Shown piece after piece: positions 1 through 11,079 of a stretch of 64,000 nucleotides of DNA (positions are counted from its first letter, which is position 1; every line of letters begins with the position of its first letter). The notes under the pieces are model-generated. The model made no database searches, was not told the DNA's origin, and saw nothing but the letters and a program-made list of their open reading frames with translations. Location of the stretch: assembly GCA_002898535.1 (NCBI GenBank), contig BEHN01000003.1, positions 192,952-256,951 on the forward strand, written 5' to 3'. This DNA is from a bacterium HR11. Its GTDB lineage: Bacteria; Acidobacteriota; HRBIN11. Made by a program: the position numbers and the translations under genes.

Positions 1-1197
1 GAACGACCTGGGCGTGCTCGATGCGGAAGCGGCAGTCCCCGCAAGGTCTTTCCCGAAAGGCGGTCTCGAAGGCGTCCAGGACCATGCGGTTGGCCCGGTC
101 CCCGATGGCGTGCACGGCCAGTTGGACCCCGGCCTCCAGGGCCCGGCGGGCCAGCCGGACGAGCTCGTCGGGCTCGACCAGCAGGAGACCCGTCGAGTCC
201 GGTTCGTCCGCATAGGGCTCCAGCAGGGCCGCCCCTCGGGAGCCCAGGGCCCCGTCCGAGATGACCTTGATGGCCCGAAGCGTCAGGCGACCGTCGCCGA
301 GCCCGACGATGGGTCCCTCGGTCAGGAGCTGTTCGTCCAGCCCCGAGCGGTACATCGCCATCACGTAGACCCGGATCGGCAGGCGGCCCTGCTCGACCAG
401 CCGTACGTAAGCCGTCCAGGTCGCCGGTGAGACCCCGGCGTCGTGGACCTCCGTAAGGCCCGCCTCGACGCAGGCCCGGGCGCCGGCCTCCAGGTCGGCC
501 ATCAGGTCTTCGACCGTCGGCTCCGGCATGACCCGCTGGACCAGCTCGGCCGCCCGGTCGAGGAGGACGCCCGTCGGACTCCCGTCGGGCCGCCGCAGGA
601 TGCGGCCGCCCGGGGGATCCGGCGTGGCCGGGCCGATGCCGGCCCGCTCGAGGGCCTTCGTGTTGACCCAGGCGGCATGGCCGTCGATGCGGGTCAAGTA
701 CACGGGCCGGTCCGGGACGACCCGGTCGAGGTCGGCCCGGTCCGGCATGTGGGGGTCCGGCCAGTCGTTCTGGTCCCAGCCGCGGCCGACGATCCAGGAG
801 AGGTCCGGGTGCTTTCGGGCATAGTCTTGGAGCTTCTGCAGGACCTCTGCTTTACTTTGCGTGCCCGTCAGGACGAGTTGCCGCCGCAGGCGTCCCAGGC
901 CGGCCAAGTGCACGTGGGCATCCGTCAGGCCCGGCAGGACGGTCGCCCCCCGCAGGTCGATGACCCGGGTCCGGGGGCCCCGCCAGGCCCGGAGCTCTTC
1001 GTCCGACCCGAGGGCGGCGATCCGGCCCTGCCGGATGGCGACGGCCGAGACGACGGCGTCCGGCGTCGGCCACAGGGGATAGACCCGCCCGCCGACCAGC
1101 AGGACGTCGGCCGGCGGCGGGAGCAGATGCCGATCCGGTCCTCCGGCGGCGACCATGAGACCTCCCAAACTCAGGAATCCCAGGATCCATCGGTGCA
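1..1197 (-). CDS. Amidohydrolase-3 (YtcJ-like) metal-dependent hydrolase, N-terminal ~399 codons only; gene runs off the window start
   Basis: Minus-strand translation from ATG (complement 1197-1195) reads MHRWILGFLSLGGLMVAAG...LPGLTDAHVHLAGLG..., an amidohydrolase HxH metal site; frame is open to position 1. Plus-strand ORFs 14-430 and 443-1339 are its antisense shadow. Confidence 0.65.
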
Positions 1198-1226
1198 TAC
1201 GCCCCACCCCCTGTCCATCGGCCTCG

Positions 1227-1862
1227 TCATTCCGGAATCTCCGGGAGCCGTCCCGGGGTCGGCCCGACGCCCGGCCGGTGCCGGTGGCTCCACAGGATGG
1301 CCTCGATCGTCTCGACGGCCTCGTCCAGCACGTCGTTGACGACCCAGTAGTCATACATCCAGGCCCACCGGACCTCTCGGCGGGCCTGTCCGATGCGGCG
1401 GCGGACCTGTTCGTCCGTCAGGTCACCCCGTTGACGGAGGCGCTGTTCCAAGACCGTCCAGGAAGGCGGCAGGAGCATGATGAACAGACCGTGGGGCCAT
1501 CGCCTTTGAATCTGATAGGCCCCCTGCACGTCGATGTCCAGCAGAGGGGTCTTGCCGGCCTCCAGGATGCGGCGGAGCTCGGCTTGACTCGTCCCGTAGA
1601 AGTGCCCGTGGACGACGGCCCACTCGACGAAGGCACCCTGCCCGATGAGGTCCCGAAACTCGTCCGGCGTGACAAAATAATAATCCTGACCGTGGACCTC
1701 GTGAGGGCGGGGCGGCCGGGTCGTGTGAGATACGGCGAACTGGAGCTGGGGCTCCCGCTCCAAGAGGGCGCGCACGACGGTCGTCTTCCCGGCCCCGGAG
1801 GGGGCCGAGAGGACGACGATCCAGGACGGGGCCGGGACGACGGTCGCCTGCCGGGGATGCAT
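1227..1862 (-). CDS. gmk: Guanylate kinase
   Basis: P-loop SAPSGAGKTT, ...SHTTRPPR...GQDYYFV... typical of Gmk. Start moved to internal ATG (MHPRQATVVPAPSWIVVLSAPSGAGK); the upstream extension reads through a heptamer-repeat region. Confidence 0.85.
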   Translation of the reverse strand: MHPRQATVVPAPSWIVVLSAPSGAGKTTVVRALLEREPQLQFAVSHTTRPPRPHEVHGQDYYFVTPDEFRDLIGQGAFVEWAVVHGHFYGTSQAELRRILEAGKTPLLDIDVQGAYQIQRRWPHGLFIMLLPPSWTVLEQRLRQRGDLTDEQVRRRIGQARREVRWAWMYDYWVVNDVLDEAVETIEAILWSHRHRPGVGPTPGRLPEIPE

Positions 1863-2134
1863 ATCCGGTGCTGGGTCGTGAGTGTCCGGTATTGGGTCTT
1901 GGGTTACAATCAAACCCAACACCTGACGCCCAGCGCCTAACACCTAAGACCCGATACCTGACACCCAACACCGAGTTTATCGACTCTCAAGTGGGTCCAT
2001 TATAATGGGATGCGGGTCTCAGGGTAAGGGTGCAATCCGTATTCGGTGCCGGATGTTCGGGGCAGGGGACTCAGGTAGGCCCACTTTTACACCTCCTAAC
2101 CTGAACACCGGCTCTTCGTCCTGTGAGGAGGCGC

Positions 2135-3124
2135 ATGAAGCTGGAAGTCCCGCATTACATTCGAGTCCCGGCCAGCGTCGGGAACGTCGGACCCGGCTTT
2201 GACGCCCTGGGGTTAGCCCTGCAGTTTCACCTGACGGTCTTCGTCGAGCCGGCCTCTGAGTGGCAGGTCACCGTCGAGGGCGAGTCGGTCGAAGACCTGG
2301 CGGCCGACGAGACGAATCGAGTCGTCCAGATGGCCCGTCTGGCGGCGGAACGCTGGAAGGTCCAGCTCCCGCCGCTTCGGGTCGAGATTTTCAACGAGAT
2401 CCCCGTCCAGCGGGGCTTGGGCGGGAGTGGCGCATCGGCCCTGGCCGGATTCGCCCTGGCGAGCCTGTTCCGACGAGCCCAGACCCAGACTCAGGACTAC
2501 CTGAACCTGGCCGCTGAGGTCGAGGGCCATCTGGATAATGTGGCGGCGTCTCTCTTGGGCGGTCTGGTCGCCTGCTACTATGCCTCGGACGGTCGGCTGT
2601 ATGCGCTGTCCGGTCGCGTGCCCCGGCCCGTCCACGTGTTAAGTCTGTGGCCCCCGTGGAAGATGGAAACGGCGAAGATGCGGCGGGTCCTGCCGGAGAC
2701 GTATCCCCGGGACGTCGTCGTCCGCCAGCTTCAGCGGGTCACGGCCATCCTGGCCTACTGGCAGGAGCATGACGACGTGCCCCCGAAGGACTTCTTCTAC
2801 GACGAGGTCCACCAGCCGTATCGGCTGGAAAAGATGCCGGAGGTCCGGCGGGTCATCGACCTGGCTTCTTCGATGGGCCTGCCCGCCCTTCTGTCGGGGG
2901 CCGGGCCGGCCGTCGCCGTCCTGACGACAGACGCCGCCGCGGCGACGGCGCTCCTGGAGAGACTCGCCCGCGAGCGGACTTATCGGTCCTGGTCGTGGCG
3001 CTTCGTGCGTGTAGACCGCCGGGGCCTGGTCGTCCGGCCCTACCGGCCCCTCATGAAGAAACGCCTCCTGGAGGCCATCCAGACGTCTCGGCCCGTCACC
3101 GACACGAAGGTCCCGGCGGCCTGA
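2135..3124 (+). CDS. thrB: Homoserine kinase (GHMP kinase family)
   Basis: VPASVGNVGPGFDALGLAL motif and GHMP ATP-binding region. ATG at 2135 lies 5 nt after GAGGAGG; the tool's start at 2123 is a GTG. Confidence 0.8.
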   Translation: MKLEVPHYIRVPASVGNVGPGFDALGLALQFHLTVFVEPASEWQVTVEGESVEDLAADETNRVVQMARLAAERWKVQLPPLRVEIFNEIPVQRGLGGSGASALAGFALASLFRRAQTQTQDYLNLAAEVEGHLDNVAASLLGGLVACYYASDGRLYALSGRVPRPVHVLSLWPPWKMETAKMRRVLPETYPRDVVVRQLQRVTAILAYWQEHDDVPPKDFFYDEVHQPYRLEKMPEVRRVIDLASSMGLPALLSGAGPAVAVLTTDAAAATALLERLARERTYRSWSWRFVRVDRRGLVVRPYRPLMKKRLLEAIQTSRPVTDTKVPAA

Positions 3125-3137
3125 AGCTTGCGAAGTC

Positions 3138-4280
3138 TTACGGGGCCTCCAGGGCTTGGCGGAGGTCGGCGATCAGCGTTTCGGCCGGCTCGATGCCGAT
3201 GGACAGCCGTACCAGGTTGGGACCGATCCCGAGACGCTGTCGGATCGTATCGTCGACGTGCAGATGAGAGGTCGTCACTGGCTGGGTCACCAGCGAGTCC
3301 ACGCCGCCCAGGCTGGCGGCCCGGTGGAAGACCGAGAGACGGTCGATCAGGGCCTGGGTCGCCGCCATGTCGCCGTCATAAGCGAAGCTGACCATCGTGC
3401 CGAAGGCCCGCATCTGCGCCCGAGCGACGGTATGGTCCGGATGCGACGGCAGGCCGGGGTAGAAGACCTGCCGGACACGGGGGTGGTCGGCTAAGAAGCG
3501 GGCGACCTGAAGGGCCGTCTCGCACTGGTGGAAAACCCGCAGGGCCAAGGTCTTCAGGCCCCGGTGGACCATGAAGGCGACCATAGGGTCCATGACGCCG
3601 CCCAGGAGCTTCCGCATGTCCCATATCGGACGGAGCCAGTGACGAAGGCCGACGACAAAGCCGCCCATCACGTCGTGGTGCCCGCCGAGGGCCTTCGTGG
3701 CGCTGTGGACGACTAAGTCAAAGCCGAACATGAGGGGCTGTTGCAGGACGGGCGTGGCGAACGTGTTGTCGATGACGGCCAGGGCGCCGACCTGGTGGGC
3801 CGCCTCAGCGATCCGTCGGAGTGGCAGAACCCGTAAGGTCGGGTTCGTCGGCGACTCGACGTACACGACCTGCGGACGGGTCTCTCGGATCAGGTCCGGC
3901 GTCAGCTCGTCGGGGTCGGCGAAGGTGACCCGAATGCCCCACCGGGGGAGGACGTCGGTCAGGAGCTCGACGGTCCCGCCGTACAGGGTGCTCAAGGCCA
4001 AGACGTGGTCGCCCTGCCGGAGGAAAGCCAACAGCGTCGTCGAGATGGCGGCCATACCGGAGGCGAAGGCGAGGGCGTCTTCGCCGTTCTCGAGGGCCGC
4101 CACGGCTTCCTCGACGGCCCGGACGGTCGGGTTGTCCCACCGAGTATAGATCGGCTCGGCGGGTGTCCCTGTCTCAAACCGTCGGGTCGCCGCTCGGGCC
4201 GCCTCGACGAGTTCTTCGGACCGGTCGAACTCGAAGGTCGCCGACCACCAGACGGGTGGATGGAGTGGACGTCCAGCCAT
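3138..4280 (-). CDS. Cys/Met-metabolism PLP-dependent enzyme (cystathionine gamma-synthase / O-acylhomoserine sulfhydrylase family)
   Basis: ...VYVESPTNPTLRV...DNTFATP...VVHSATKALGGHHDVMGG... (PLP lysine in SATK). Real start MAGRPLHPP at 4280 follows GGAAGGAGGA; the 264 nt upstream in the ORF call is translation of a repeat element. Confidence 0.75.
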   Translation of the reverse strand: MAGRPLHPPVWWSATFEFDRSEELVEAARAATRRFETGTPAEPIYTRWDNPTVRAVEEAVAALENGEDALAFASGMAAISTTLLAFLRQGDHVLALSTLYGGTVELLTDVLPRWGIRVTFADPDELTPDLIRETRPQVVYVESPTNPTLRVLPLRRIAEAAHQVGALAVIDNTFATPVLQQPLMFGFDLVVHSATKALGGHHDVMGGFVVGLRHWLRPIWDMRKLLGGVMDPMVAFMVHRGLKTLALRVFHQCETALQVARFLADHPRVRQVFYPGLPSHPDHTVARAQMRAFGTMVSFAYDGDMAATQALIDRLSVFHRAASLGGVDSLVTQPVTTSHLHVDDTIRQRLGIGPNLVRLSIGIEPAETLIADLRQALEAP

Positions 4281-4301
4281 GGGGGATCCTCCTTCCCATA
4301 G

Positions 4302-4740
4302 CAGAGCCGTGCGGGAGGTGAGAAGTGCGATGGGAAGCGGAAAGGGCACCTCCACGAAAGCACGATTTTTCAAACATTCGGCAGATGGGCAAGTGGGCAG
4401 ATGGGCAGATAGGCAGGTGGGCAGGTCGGCAGATGGGCAGATGGGCATTTGGCAGGTGGGCAGGTCGGCAGATAGGCAGGTGGGCAGGTCGGCAGATGGG
4501 CAGGTCGAGAGACGGGCGTCGATCCTCGGAACACCGGCCGTCATGCCGGGGGCTTCCGGAGAGAGCCCGCCGTCCTGCGGGCGTCATCTTCATGAACCGC
4601 CCGTCCTGGCCGGGTCATCCGGAGGAAGCTTGAAACATCGAGATCGCCGGACCATCGTTTTCCCTGATAGCAACCGCATTTCTCCCACCCAAACAGCTCT
4701 GATAGCAGAGCCGTTCGGTTCGTGAAAACCCGCATGGATT
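4302..4740. mobile_element. Composite MITE-like repeat element, copy A (~440 bp), with ~24-bp imperfect terminal inverted repeats and an internal heptamer array (GGCAGAT/GCAGGTG)n at 4375-4515
   Basis: Inverted, ~85-90 % similar copy at 31739-32024. Ends cagagccgtgcgggaggtgagaa / tttctcccacccaaacagctctg are inverse complements. No ORF with transposase features. Confidence 0.6.
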
Positions 4741-4746
4741 CGGCTT

Positions 4747-4828
4747 TATTGGCTCATGGGTCATAGCTCATGGCTCATAGTCCCATGAGCTATCAGCCAT
4801 GAGCTATGAGCCAATAGGGGCCAGGACC
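4747..4828. repeat. Long imperfect palindrome built from (GCTCATG)n heptamers (family 4), upstream of clpC
   Basis: ttggctcatgggtcatagctcatggctcatag | catgagctatcagccatgagctatgagccaa; related copies at 12962-13130 and 43962-44050. Confidence 0.55.
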
Positions 4829-4973
4829 CATGAGGCGATGAGCCCATCTTCATTCCTGCATCCCGTATCCCGTGGCCCCGTCAAGTCGTCGGCCGACCGC
4901 CTGGGGACGGGTCGCGTCGTGGGTTCGGGGCCCAGCGTCTATGGGTCCGTCCCCTGCTCGTCGGCCGGGCAAC

Positions 4974-5002
4974 TTGACCTCTCGACCCGATGTGGCTATG
5001 TT
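4974..5002 (+). promoter_or_regulatory. Putative sigma-70 promoter of clpC (TTGACC-17-TATGTT)
   Basis: Hexamers at 4974-4979 and 4997-5002, 33 nt before the clpC ATG. Confidence 0.3.
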
Positions 5003-5035
5003 ATCCAGGGACATGGATATTGGGAAGCGGGCATC

Positions 5036-7444
5036 ATGGCAAATCGTTACACCGAACGGGTCGTTCGTATCCTGAACTTCGCTCGGCAGGAGGCCATCGA
5101 GGCGGGTAGCAACCTCATCGAGGTCGAGCACCTGCTCTTGGGGATGTTGAGAGACATGAGCGACCCGTTGATCGTCCTGCTCCGCCGCTTTCGTTTGGAA
5201 CCCCGCGAGATGTACGCCGAGATCCAGCGCCGCATTTCCCAGTCCTCGCCCTTCTACATCAACGAGCCCCGTCTGTCTTCCCGGGCCGAGCGGGCCCTGG
5301 ACTTTGCCGTGAAAGAAGCCGAGGCGATGGGGACGAAGACGCTGGGGCCCGAGCACATCCTGCTGGGGATCCTGCGGGTCGAGGACAGCTTTGCCTGCCG
5401 GTACTTGCGCTTGCGGGGCCTGACGCCCAACCGTGTCCGGCAGGAGCTGGTCCGGATGAGCAAAAACCGGGCCCTCGTCTTGAAGAACGCCCGCTTTCCG
5501 AAGGACTCGCCGATCCTGAACGAATTCTGTCGGGACCTGACGAGCTATGCCGAGAACAACCTCCTGGACCCGCTGATCGGCCGGGAGCGGGAGGTCGAGC
5601 GGGTCATCCAGGTCTTGTGCCGGCGGACGAAGAACAATCCCGTCCTGGTCGGCGAGCCGGGCGTCGGCAAGACGGCCATCGTCGAGGGCTTGGCCCAGCG
5701 CATCGTGGCCGGTCAGGTCCCGTCGGCCCTGGCCGAGCGGCGAATCCTGAGCCTGGACCTGGCGGCCCTCGTGGCCGGCACGAAGTACCGGGGCCAGTTT
5801 GAAGAACGCATGCGGGCCCTCATCCAGGAGCTCATCGAGAACCCGGAAGTCATCCTGTTTATCGATGAGGTTCACACCCTCGTGGGCGCCGGTTCGGCTG
5901 AGGGTTCCCTGGATGCGTCCAACATCTTGAAGCCGGCCTTGTCCCGTCGGGAGATTCAGTGTATCGGGGCGACGACGCCGGCCGAGTACCGGAAGTACTT
6001 CGAGCGGGACCGGGCTCTCGAGCGGCGGTTTCAGCCGATCTACGTGCGGCCCTCGACGGAAGAGGAGTCCTATCAGATCCTGCAGGGCATCAAGGCCCAG
6101 TACGAAGAGTACCATCACGTCCATTACACCGACGAGGCCCTCCGGACGATCGTGTATCTGGCCAGCCGTTACATCACCGAGCGGGTCCTGCCCGACAAGG
6201 CCATCGACCTGATGGACGAGTGCGGGGCCTACGTCAAGATCATGGCCGAAAACGAGGAGCTCGCCCGGCGGGGCCGGCCGGCGGACGTCGATACCGAGAC
6301 GTGGCTGGAGTCGGCCGAACGGGGCGGTGGGGCTGAGGGTGCCTCGAGCGAGGGAGAGGCCGAGGAGGCCGGCGACACGGCGGTCCGCTACGTCGTCACG
6401 GGCGACGTCGTGGCTGAGGTCGTGAGCCGTTGGACGGGCATCCCGGTCCAGACTTTACAGGAAGACGAAAAAGCCCGGCTCCAGCGGCTGGAGTCCGAGC
6501 TCCAACGCTGGATCGTCTCCCAGCGACACGCCATCTCGGCCATCGTCCGGGCCATCCGGCGGTCTCGGCTGGGCCTGAAGGACCCCCACCGGCCGGTCGG
6601 GTCTTTCGTATTTTTAGGCCCGACGGGGGTCGGCAAGACGGAGGTCGCCCGTCAGCTTAGCCGGGTCTTATTCGGCTCCGAACAGGCGATGGTCCGCTTC
6701 GACATGTCCGAGTTCATGGAGCCCCACTCGGTCTCCAAGCTCATCGGAGCCCCGCCGGGCTACGTCGGCTACGAGGAGGGCGGCCTGTTGACGGAACGGA
6801 TCCGGCGGAATCCCTACTGCGTGATCCTGCTGGACGAGATCGAAAAGGCCCATCCCCAGGTGTTTAACATCCTCTTGCAGATCCTGGACGACGGGCGCCT
6901 GAGTGACGCCCTCGGCCACACCGTCGACTTCCGGAACACGATCATCATCATGACGTCGAACCTGGGCACCCGGATCATCCAGCAGAAGCCCCGGATGGGC
7001 TTCCAGGCCCACGGGGACACGGCTTCGGACTATAAGGTCATTCGGGACCGGGTGCTCCAGGAGGTCAAACAGTACTTTTCCCCCGAGTTCATCAACCGCA
7101 TCGACGACTTCATCGTCTTCTACCCGTTGGACGAAGACGACCTGGCCCGGGTGCTGGACCTGATGGTCGAGCGCCTCAACCAGGAGCTTCGGGAACGGGG
7201 GAGCGGCTACTACCTGGTCCTGACCGAGGAAGCCCGCCGGTACCTCCTGGAGGTGACCCGCAAGGAGCGCCACTTTGGCGCCCGCCCCCTCAAGCGGGCC
7301 CTCCAGACCTACGTCGAAGACCCCCTCGTCGATTTCCTCCTTTCCGTGAGTGGGCCGGACGTCCGGGGCCCCATCGAAGTGACCGTCGACGAGCGTCGGC
7401 AGATTGCCTTCCGCGTGCGGGAGATGGAGCCGGCCTCGGTGTGA
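5036..7444 (+). CDS. clpC: ATP-dependent Clp protease ATP-binding subunit ClpC/ClpA-type (two Clp_N repeats, two AAA+ modules)
   Basis: [20 protein letters not shown] (Clp_N), Walker A GEPGVGKT and second GPTGVGKT, sensor/arginine-finger regions. Start moved from 4799 to ATG 5036; the upstream 79 codons are repeat read-through. Confidence 0.85.
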   Translation: MANRYTERVVRILNFARQEAIEAGSNLIEVEHLLLGMLRDMSDPLIVLLRRFRLEPREMYAEIQRRISQSSPFYINEPRLSSRAERALDFAVKEAEAMGTKTLGPEHILLGILRVEDSFACRYLRLRGLTPNRVRQELVRMSKNRALVLKNARFPKDSPILNEFCRDLTSYAENNLLDPLIGREREVERVIQVLCRRTKNNPVLVGEPGVGKTAIVEGLAQRIVAGQVPSALAERRILSLDLAALVAGTKYRGQFEERMRALIQELIENPEVILFIDEVHTLVGAGSAEGSLDASNILKPALSRREIQCIGATTPAEYRKYFERDRALERRFQPIYVRPSTEEESYQILQGIKAQYEEYHHVHYTDEALRTIVYLASRYITERVLPDKAIDLMDECGAYVKIMAENEELARRGRPADVDTETWLESAERGGGAEGASSEGEAEEAGDTAVRYVVTGDVVAEVVSRWTGIPVQTLQEDEKARLQRLESELQRWIVSQRHAISAIVRAIRRSRLGLKDPHRPVGSFVFLGPTGVGKTEVARQLSRVLFGSEQAMVRFDMSEFMEPHSVSKLIGAPPGYVGYEEGGLLTERIRRNPYCVILLDEIEKAHPQVFNILLQILDDGRLSDALGHTVDFRNTIIIMTSNLGTRIIQQKPRMGFQAHGDTASDYKVIRDRVLQEVKQYFSPEFINRIDDFIVFYPLDEDDLARVLDLMVERLNQELRERGSGYYLVLTEEARRYLLEVTRKERHFGARPLKRALQTYVEDPLVDFLLSVSGPDVRGPIEVTVDERRQIAFRVREMEPASV

Positions 7445-7452
7445 GGTGGGTC

Positions 7453-9798
7453 ATGAACGGGCGTCGTCTGTCCGGGTGGGTCCTGGGCCTGTGGGTCCTG
7501 GGAGCCGCCCTGGGATGGGCCCAAGAGGCCCGTCGCATCGCCCAGATTCGATTTGAGGGTCTGCATCGGGTCCCGGAGAGCACGGCTCGGTACTATATCC
7601 AGAGCCGGGAGGGGGACTTGTACGACCCGGCGATGGTCCGGCAGGACTTTCGCCGTCTCTGGGCGGCCGGCTTCTTTGAGGACCTGCGGGTCGAGACGGA
7701 AGAGGGCCCCGACGGAGTCCGCCTCGTCTTTCGGGTCCAGGAGAAGCCCGTCATCGAGCAGGTCGTGTGGCCCGAAAAGGTCAAGGGCCTCCGCATCGAG
7801 GACATCCATAGCAAGATGAACGAGAAGGGCCTGACGTTGTATGACGGGGACCTCTACGACGCTTACCGGGTCCATCGGGTCGAACAGCTCATTCGGCAGA
7901 TGCTGGCCGAGAAGGGCTACCGCTTCCCCGAGGTCCGGCCCGTCCGGACGCCGCTATCGGAGACGTCGGTCCGGCTGACGTGGCAAATCGACCCCGGCGA
8001 GAGTCTCCGGGTCGGGCGGGTCGTCTTCGACGGCAATCAAGCCTTTTCAGACGATAAACTCCGGGGGGTCGTCCCCATTAAGCCTTCATCGCTGTGGGCG
8101 CGCATCACGGGTAAGGACAAGTATGACCCTCAGAAGATCGAGAAGAGTCAGGAAGCGCTTCAGAACTTTTATTATGACCACGGGTATCTGGACTTTCGGG
8201 TCGGGGAACCGAGGGTCGAGGCCTATACGGGCCGCTCCTGGTGGAACGGGGCCCCGGTCCGTCGCCTGCAGGTCGTGTTCCCTGTCAGCGAGGGCCCGCC
8301 GTACCGCATCGGGGAGGTGCGGCTGACGGGCGTCCGGGCCTTTTCCGAGGCGGACCTCCGGAAGCTTCTGCGCTTCCGGTCCGGTCAATGGTTCCGACAG
8401 AGCGCCTTTCGCAAGAGCCTCCAAGATATCCAGGCTGCCTACGGTGAGAAGGGATACCTCTTTGTCGGAATCTATCCGGACCTCCAGCCCCGCGTGGAAG
8501 ACGGGACCCACTATGTGGACGTGAATCTACAGGTCCAGGAAGGGAAGCCTCAGGTCGTGCGCCGCATCGAGTTCCAGGGCAACACGTACACCCACGACCT
8601 GGTCGTCCGCCGGGAGCTGGAGACGCAGGAGGCCCACGTCATCAATACGAAGCTCTTCCGGCGGGACCTCCAGAAGATTTACCGGATCGGGTACTTCGAC
8701 AAGGTCGAGCCCGACATCCGGCCCGTCGCTGGCCGGGACGACCAGGTCGACGTCGTCATCAAGGTCAACGAAAACAAGCGGAACCAGATATCGGCCGGTG
8801 GCGGTTATAGCCAGCTGGACGGTCTGTTCGGGCAGTTGGGCTTTGCGACCCGGAACCTCTTCGGGACGGGCAAGTCCTTCGACTTCAGCCTCCAGTACGG
8901 CAAGCGGATCAAGACGTACTACCTGTCCGTCCTGGACCCCTACTTCCTGAACAGCGACTGGCAGGTCGGCCTCAGCGTGTACAACACGTGGAACAACTAC
9001 TTCATCTATGAACGGCGGGACCGGGGCGGGAGCCTCGTCATCGGCTGGCCCCTGACGAAGGACCTGGACTTTCGGGTGGGGTACAGCTACAGTCAGATCC
9101 GGCTGGAGAACGTGAATCCCCAGCTCCTGGCCAGCGGTCTCCTGGGGATTCGCCCTGAGGACTTAGTCCGGGCCCGGGACGACAGCCGCGTGACGCCTCA
9201 GCTCATTTACAACTCGCTGGGCGACCCCCTGGACCCGACGGAGGGGATTTACGCTACGGCGGCGGTGGCCTATGCCGGCGGACCCCTGGGCGGGAATGTC
9301 TACATCGTGGCACCCTCATTCCGGTGGCGGCAGTACTTCAAGGTCAACCGATGGTCCCATCGATTCGCTTACAACGTCGAGCTCGGCTGGGTCACTGGGT
9401 ACGGCGGCCGGCCCGTGCCCTTCTACGAGCGGTTCTTCCTGGGGGGCGACTTCACGATCCGGGGCTACGACTTCCGGACGGTCGGGCCCATCGACCCCCA
9501 GGTCAGTACCCGTTATACCGTCGGTGGGACGAAGTACGCCCTCTTTAATCTGGAGTACATCGTGCCCGTAGGGGAGTCGCCCCTTCGGTTGGTGGCGTTC
9601 TGGGACGGCGGCAACGCCTACGCCCCGGGGGAGGCCCTCGACCCCCTCAAGTTCCGTTTTTCGACGGGCCTGGAGCTCCGGATCGTGATCCCGATGCTCA
9701 TGCAACCGATCCGGTTTATCTTTGCCCGGAACTGGAATCGGGGCCCCGTTCAGGCCCCGGCGTGGAATTTCCGTTTCGGCTTCGGCCTCAACTTTTGA
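7453..9798 (+). CDS. bamA: Outer-membrane protein assembly factor BamA (POTRA repeats plus Omp85 barrel)
   Basis: Signal peptide, POTRA-like repeats, C-terminal barrel ending ...NFRFGFGLNF. ATG 7453 lies 4 nt after GAGGTGG; the alternative GTG 7441 overlaps the clpC stop. Confidence 0.85.
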   Translation: MNGRRLSGWVLGLWVLGAALGWAQEARRIAQIRFEGLHRVPESTARYYIQSREGDLYDPAMVRQDFRRLWAAGFFEDLRVETEEGPDGVRLVFRVQEKPVIEQVVWPEKVKGLRIEDIHSKMNEKGLTLYDGDLYDAYRVHRVEQLIRQMLAEKGYRFPEVRPVRTPLSETSVRLTWQIDPGESLRVGRVVFDGNQAFSDDKLRGVVPIKPSSLWARITGKDKYDPQKIEKSQEALQNFYYDHGYLDFRVGEPRVEAYTGRSWWNGAPVRRLQVVFPVSEGPPYRIGEVRLTGVRAFSEADLRKLLRFRSGQWFRQSAFRKSLQDIQAAYGEKGYLFVGIYPDLQPRVEDGTHYVDVNLQVQEGKPQVVRRIEFQGNTYTHDLVVRRELETQEAHVINTKLFRRDLQKIYRIGYFDKVEPDIRPVAGRDDQVDVVIKVNENKRNQISAGGGYSQLDGLFGQLGFATRNLFGTGKSFDFSLQYGKRIKTYYLSVLDPYFLNSDWQVGLSVYNTWNNYFIYERRDRGGSLVIGWPLTKDLDFRVGYSYSQIRLENVNPQLLASGLLGIRPEDLVRARDDSRVTPQLIYNSLGDPLDPTEGIYATAAVAYAGGPLGGNVYIVAPSFRWRQYFKVNRWSHRFAYNVELGWVTGYGGRPVPFYERFFLGGDFTIRGYDFRTVGPIDPQVSTRYTVGGTKYALFNLEYIVPVGESPLRLVAFWDGGNAYAPGEALDPLKFRFSTGLELRIVIPMLMQPIRFIFARNWNRGPVQAPAWNFRFGFGLNF

Positions 9799-9841
9799 GG
9801 CCCGACTTTAAGGGAGGGGGCGGTGGGGTCGCCCCAGCCCG

Positions 9842-9870
9842 TTGGGGAGGAGATGAACCTGCTATATAAT
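9842..9870 (+). promoter_or_regulatory. Putative sigma-70 promoter of the skp-fabZ-lpxA operon (TTGGGG-17-TATAAT)
   Basis: ttgggg 9842-9847, 17-nt spacer, tataat 9865-9870, about 125 nt before the skp ATG. Confidence 0.3.
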
Positions 9871-9996
9871 GGGAGGCCCCTATTTTGTCCCTGGCGGGTG
9901 AATCCCAACCGGCGTGCGAAAGGAGGGGGTCATCCCTGCCGGGACGGCGGTCCTGGGCGGTAGACCCAGGTCGATTTTGTCCAGGAGGTGATTCGT

Positions 9997-10569
9997 ATGT
10001 ATACCGCAGAGAAGCTCCGAGGGGCATCTATCGTTTTATTCTTACTCCTGTCGTCGTGGCTTCTGGCCCAACAGCCGGCGCCGCCGCCCGCCCCGACGCC
10101 CCCGGGCGGCACGCGGGTCGCCGTCATCGACCTCCAGCGGATCGTCCAGGAGTCCGTCGTCGGCCAGCGGCTCCAGAAGGAGATCCAGGCCTTTCAGGAG
10201 AAGCAGCAACAGGAGCTCCGGAAGAAGGAGACCGAGCTCCGTCAGCTCAATCAGAAGCTCCAGGAACAGGCGGCCGTGCTGGCCCCGGACGCCCTCCGGG
10301 ACCTGCAGGCCAAGCTTCGGGACAAACAGCGGGAGATCGACCGATTTCGGGAGGACGCCGTCGCCGAACTTCAGGAGAAGATCGAGGACGCCCAGGCTCA
10401 ACTGGAGAATCAGGTCCGGCCCATCATCGCCGAGGTCGCCCGGGAAAAGGGCTTCGACGTCGTCTTGAACCCGGCGGCCGTCGTGTTTGCCAGCCGGGCG
10501 GTGGACATCACCGACGACGTCATTAAGCGATTTAACGCCAAGGCCGCCCAGCCGACCAAGACTCCGTGA
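9997..10569 (+). CDS. skp: Periplasmic chaperone Skp/OmpH
   Basis: Signal peptide then coiled-coil Q/E/K-rich region (...QAFQEKQQQELRKKETELRQLNQKLQEQ...). AGGAGGTGA lies 6 nt before ATG 9997. Confidence 0.75.
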   Translation: MYTAEKLRGASIVLFLLLSSWLLAQQPAPPPAPTPPGGTRVAVIDLQRIVQESVVGQRLQKEIQAFQEKQQQELRKKETELRQLNQKLQEQAAVLAPDALRDLQAKLRDKQREIDRFREDAVAELQEKIEDAQAQLENQVRPIIAEVAREKGFDVVLNPAAVVFASRAVDITDDVIKRFNAKAAQPTKTP

Positions 10570-10584
10570 CCGGGGTAGGCTTCG

Positions 10585-11079
10585 ATGTGGGTCAAGCCGG
10601 AAGTCACGGCCGCGTGGGTCGCCTTGGACACCAATCAGGTCCAGGCCCTCCTACCCCACCGGTATCCCTTCCTGATGGTCGACCGGGCATTTCTACACCC
10701 GGACCGATGGGAGGCCCTGGGGTTGAAGGGCGTGACCTACAATGAGCCCTTCTTCCCGGGCCATTTCCCGCAGGAGCCGATTCTGCCAGGGGTCCTGATG
10801 GTCGAGGCCATCGCCCAAGTGGCGGCCCTGACGGTCTTGTGGCGTCACCCCGAGGCCCGGCATCGACCCATTTACTTATTGGGGATCGAGCAGGCCCGGT
10901 TCCGGCAGAAAGTCGTGCCGGGCCATCTCTTAGAAGTTCACGCATGGCTGGAGCGCCGGCGGGGCGTATTTGTGTGGTTCAAGGGCGTCATATGGGTCGG
11001 GGATCAAGTCGTCGCCGAGGCCCGTCTCTCGACGGGTACGCCGGTTATCGCTGAGGGGAGGGATGGGAGTGAGGATTGA
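10585..11079 (+). CDS. fabZ: 3-hydroxyacyl-ACP dehydratase FabZ
   Basis: [10 protein letters not shown]...[18 protein letters not shown] hot-dog fold signature. Confidence 0.85.
   Translation: MWVKPEVTAAWVALDTNQVQALLPHRYPFLMVDRAFLHPDRWEALGLKGVTYNEPFFPGHFPQEPILPGVLMVEAIAQVAALTVLWRHPEARHRPIYLLGIEQARFRQKVVPGHLLEVHAWLERRRGVFVWFKGVIWVGDQVVAEARLSTGTPVIAEGRDGSED

Noticed and set aside
14-1339. Plus-strand ORFs 14-430 and 443-1339 (138 and 298 aa)
   Set aside because: Compositionally antisense-like (D/G/P/Q/R-rich, no motifs). The minus strand encodes a clear amidohydrolase, so these are shadow ORFs typical of high-GC DNA.
4375-4515. Possible CRISPR array
   Set aside because: Units are 7 bp, contiguous, without unique spacers of 25-40 bp; no cas genes; not CRISPR.
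4174-4593. ORFs translating heptamer arrays into peptide repeats (AHLPICRP..., SCILHPASCILH..., MGHEPIGP...)
   Set aside because: The reading frames exist only because the 7-nt repeat has no stop codons. They occur in several frames and strands of the same repeat, and they extend real genes' N-termini implausibly past good RBS+ATG sites.
4850-6124. Long antisense ORFs such as 4850-6124(-), 21052-22461(-), 54329-58369(+), 18365-20281(+, front part), 25282-26001(+)
   Set aside because: Each overlaps a well-supported gene on the other strand or frame and shows low-complexity R/G/P-rich translation; spurious open frames from GC3 bias.
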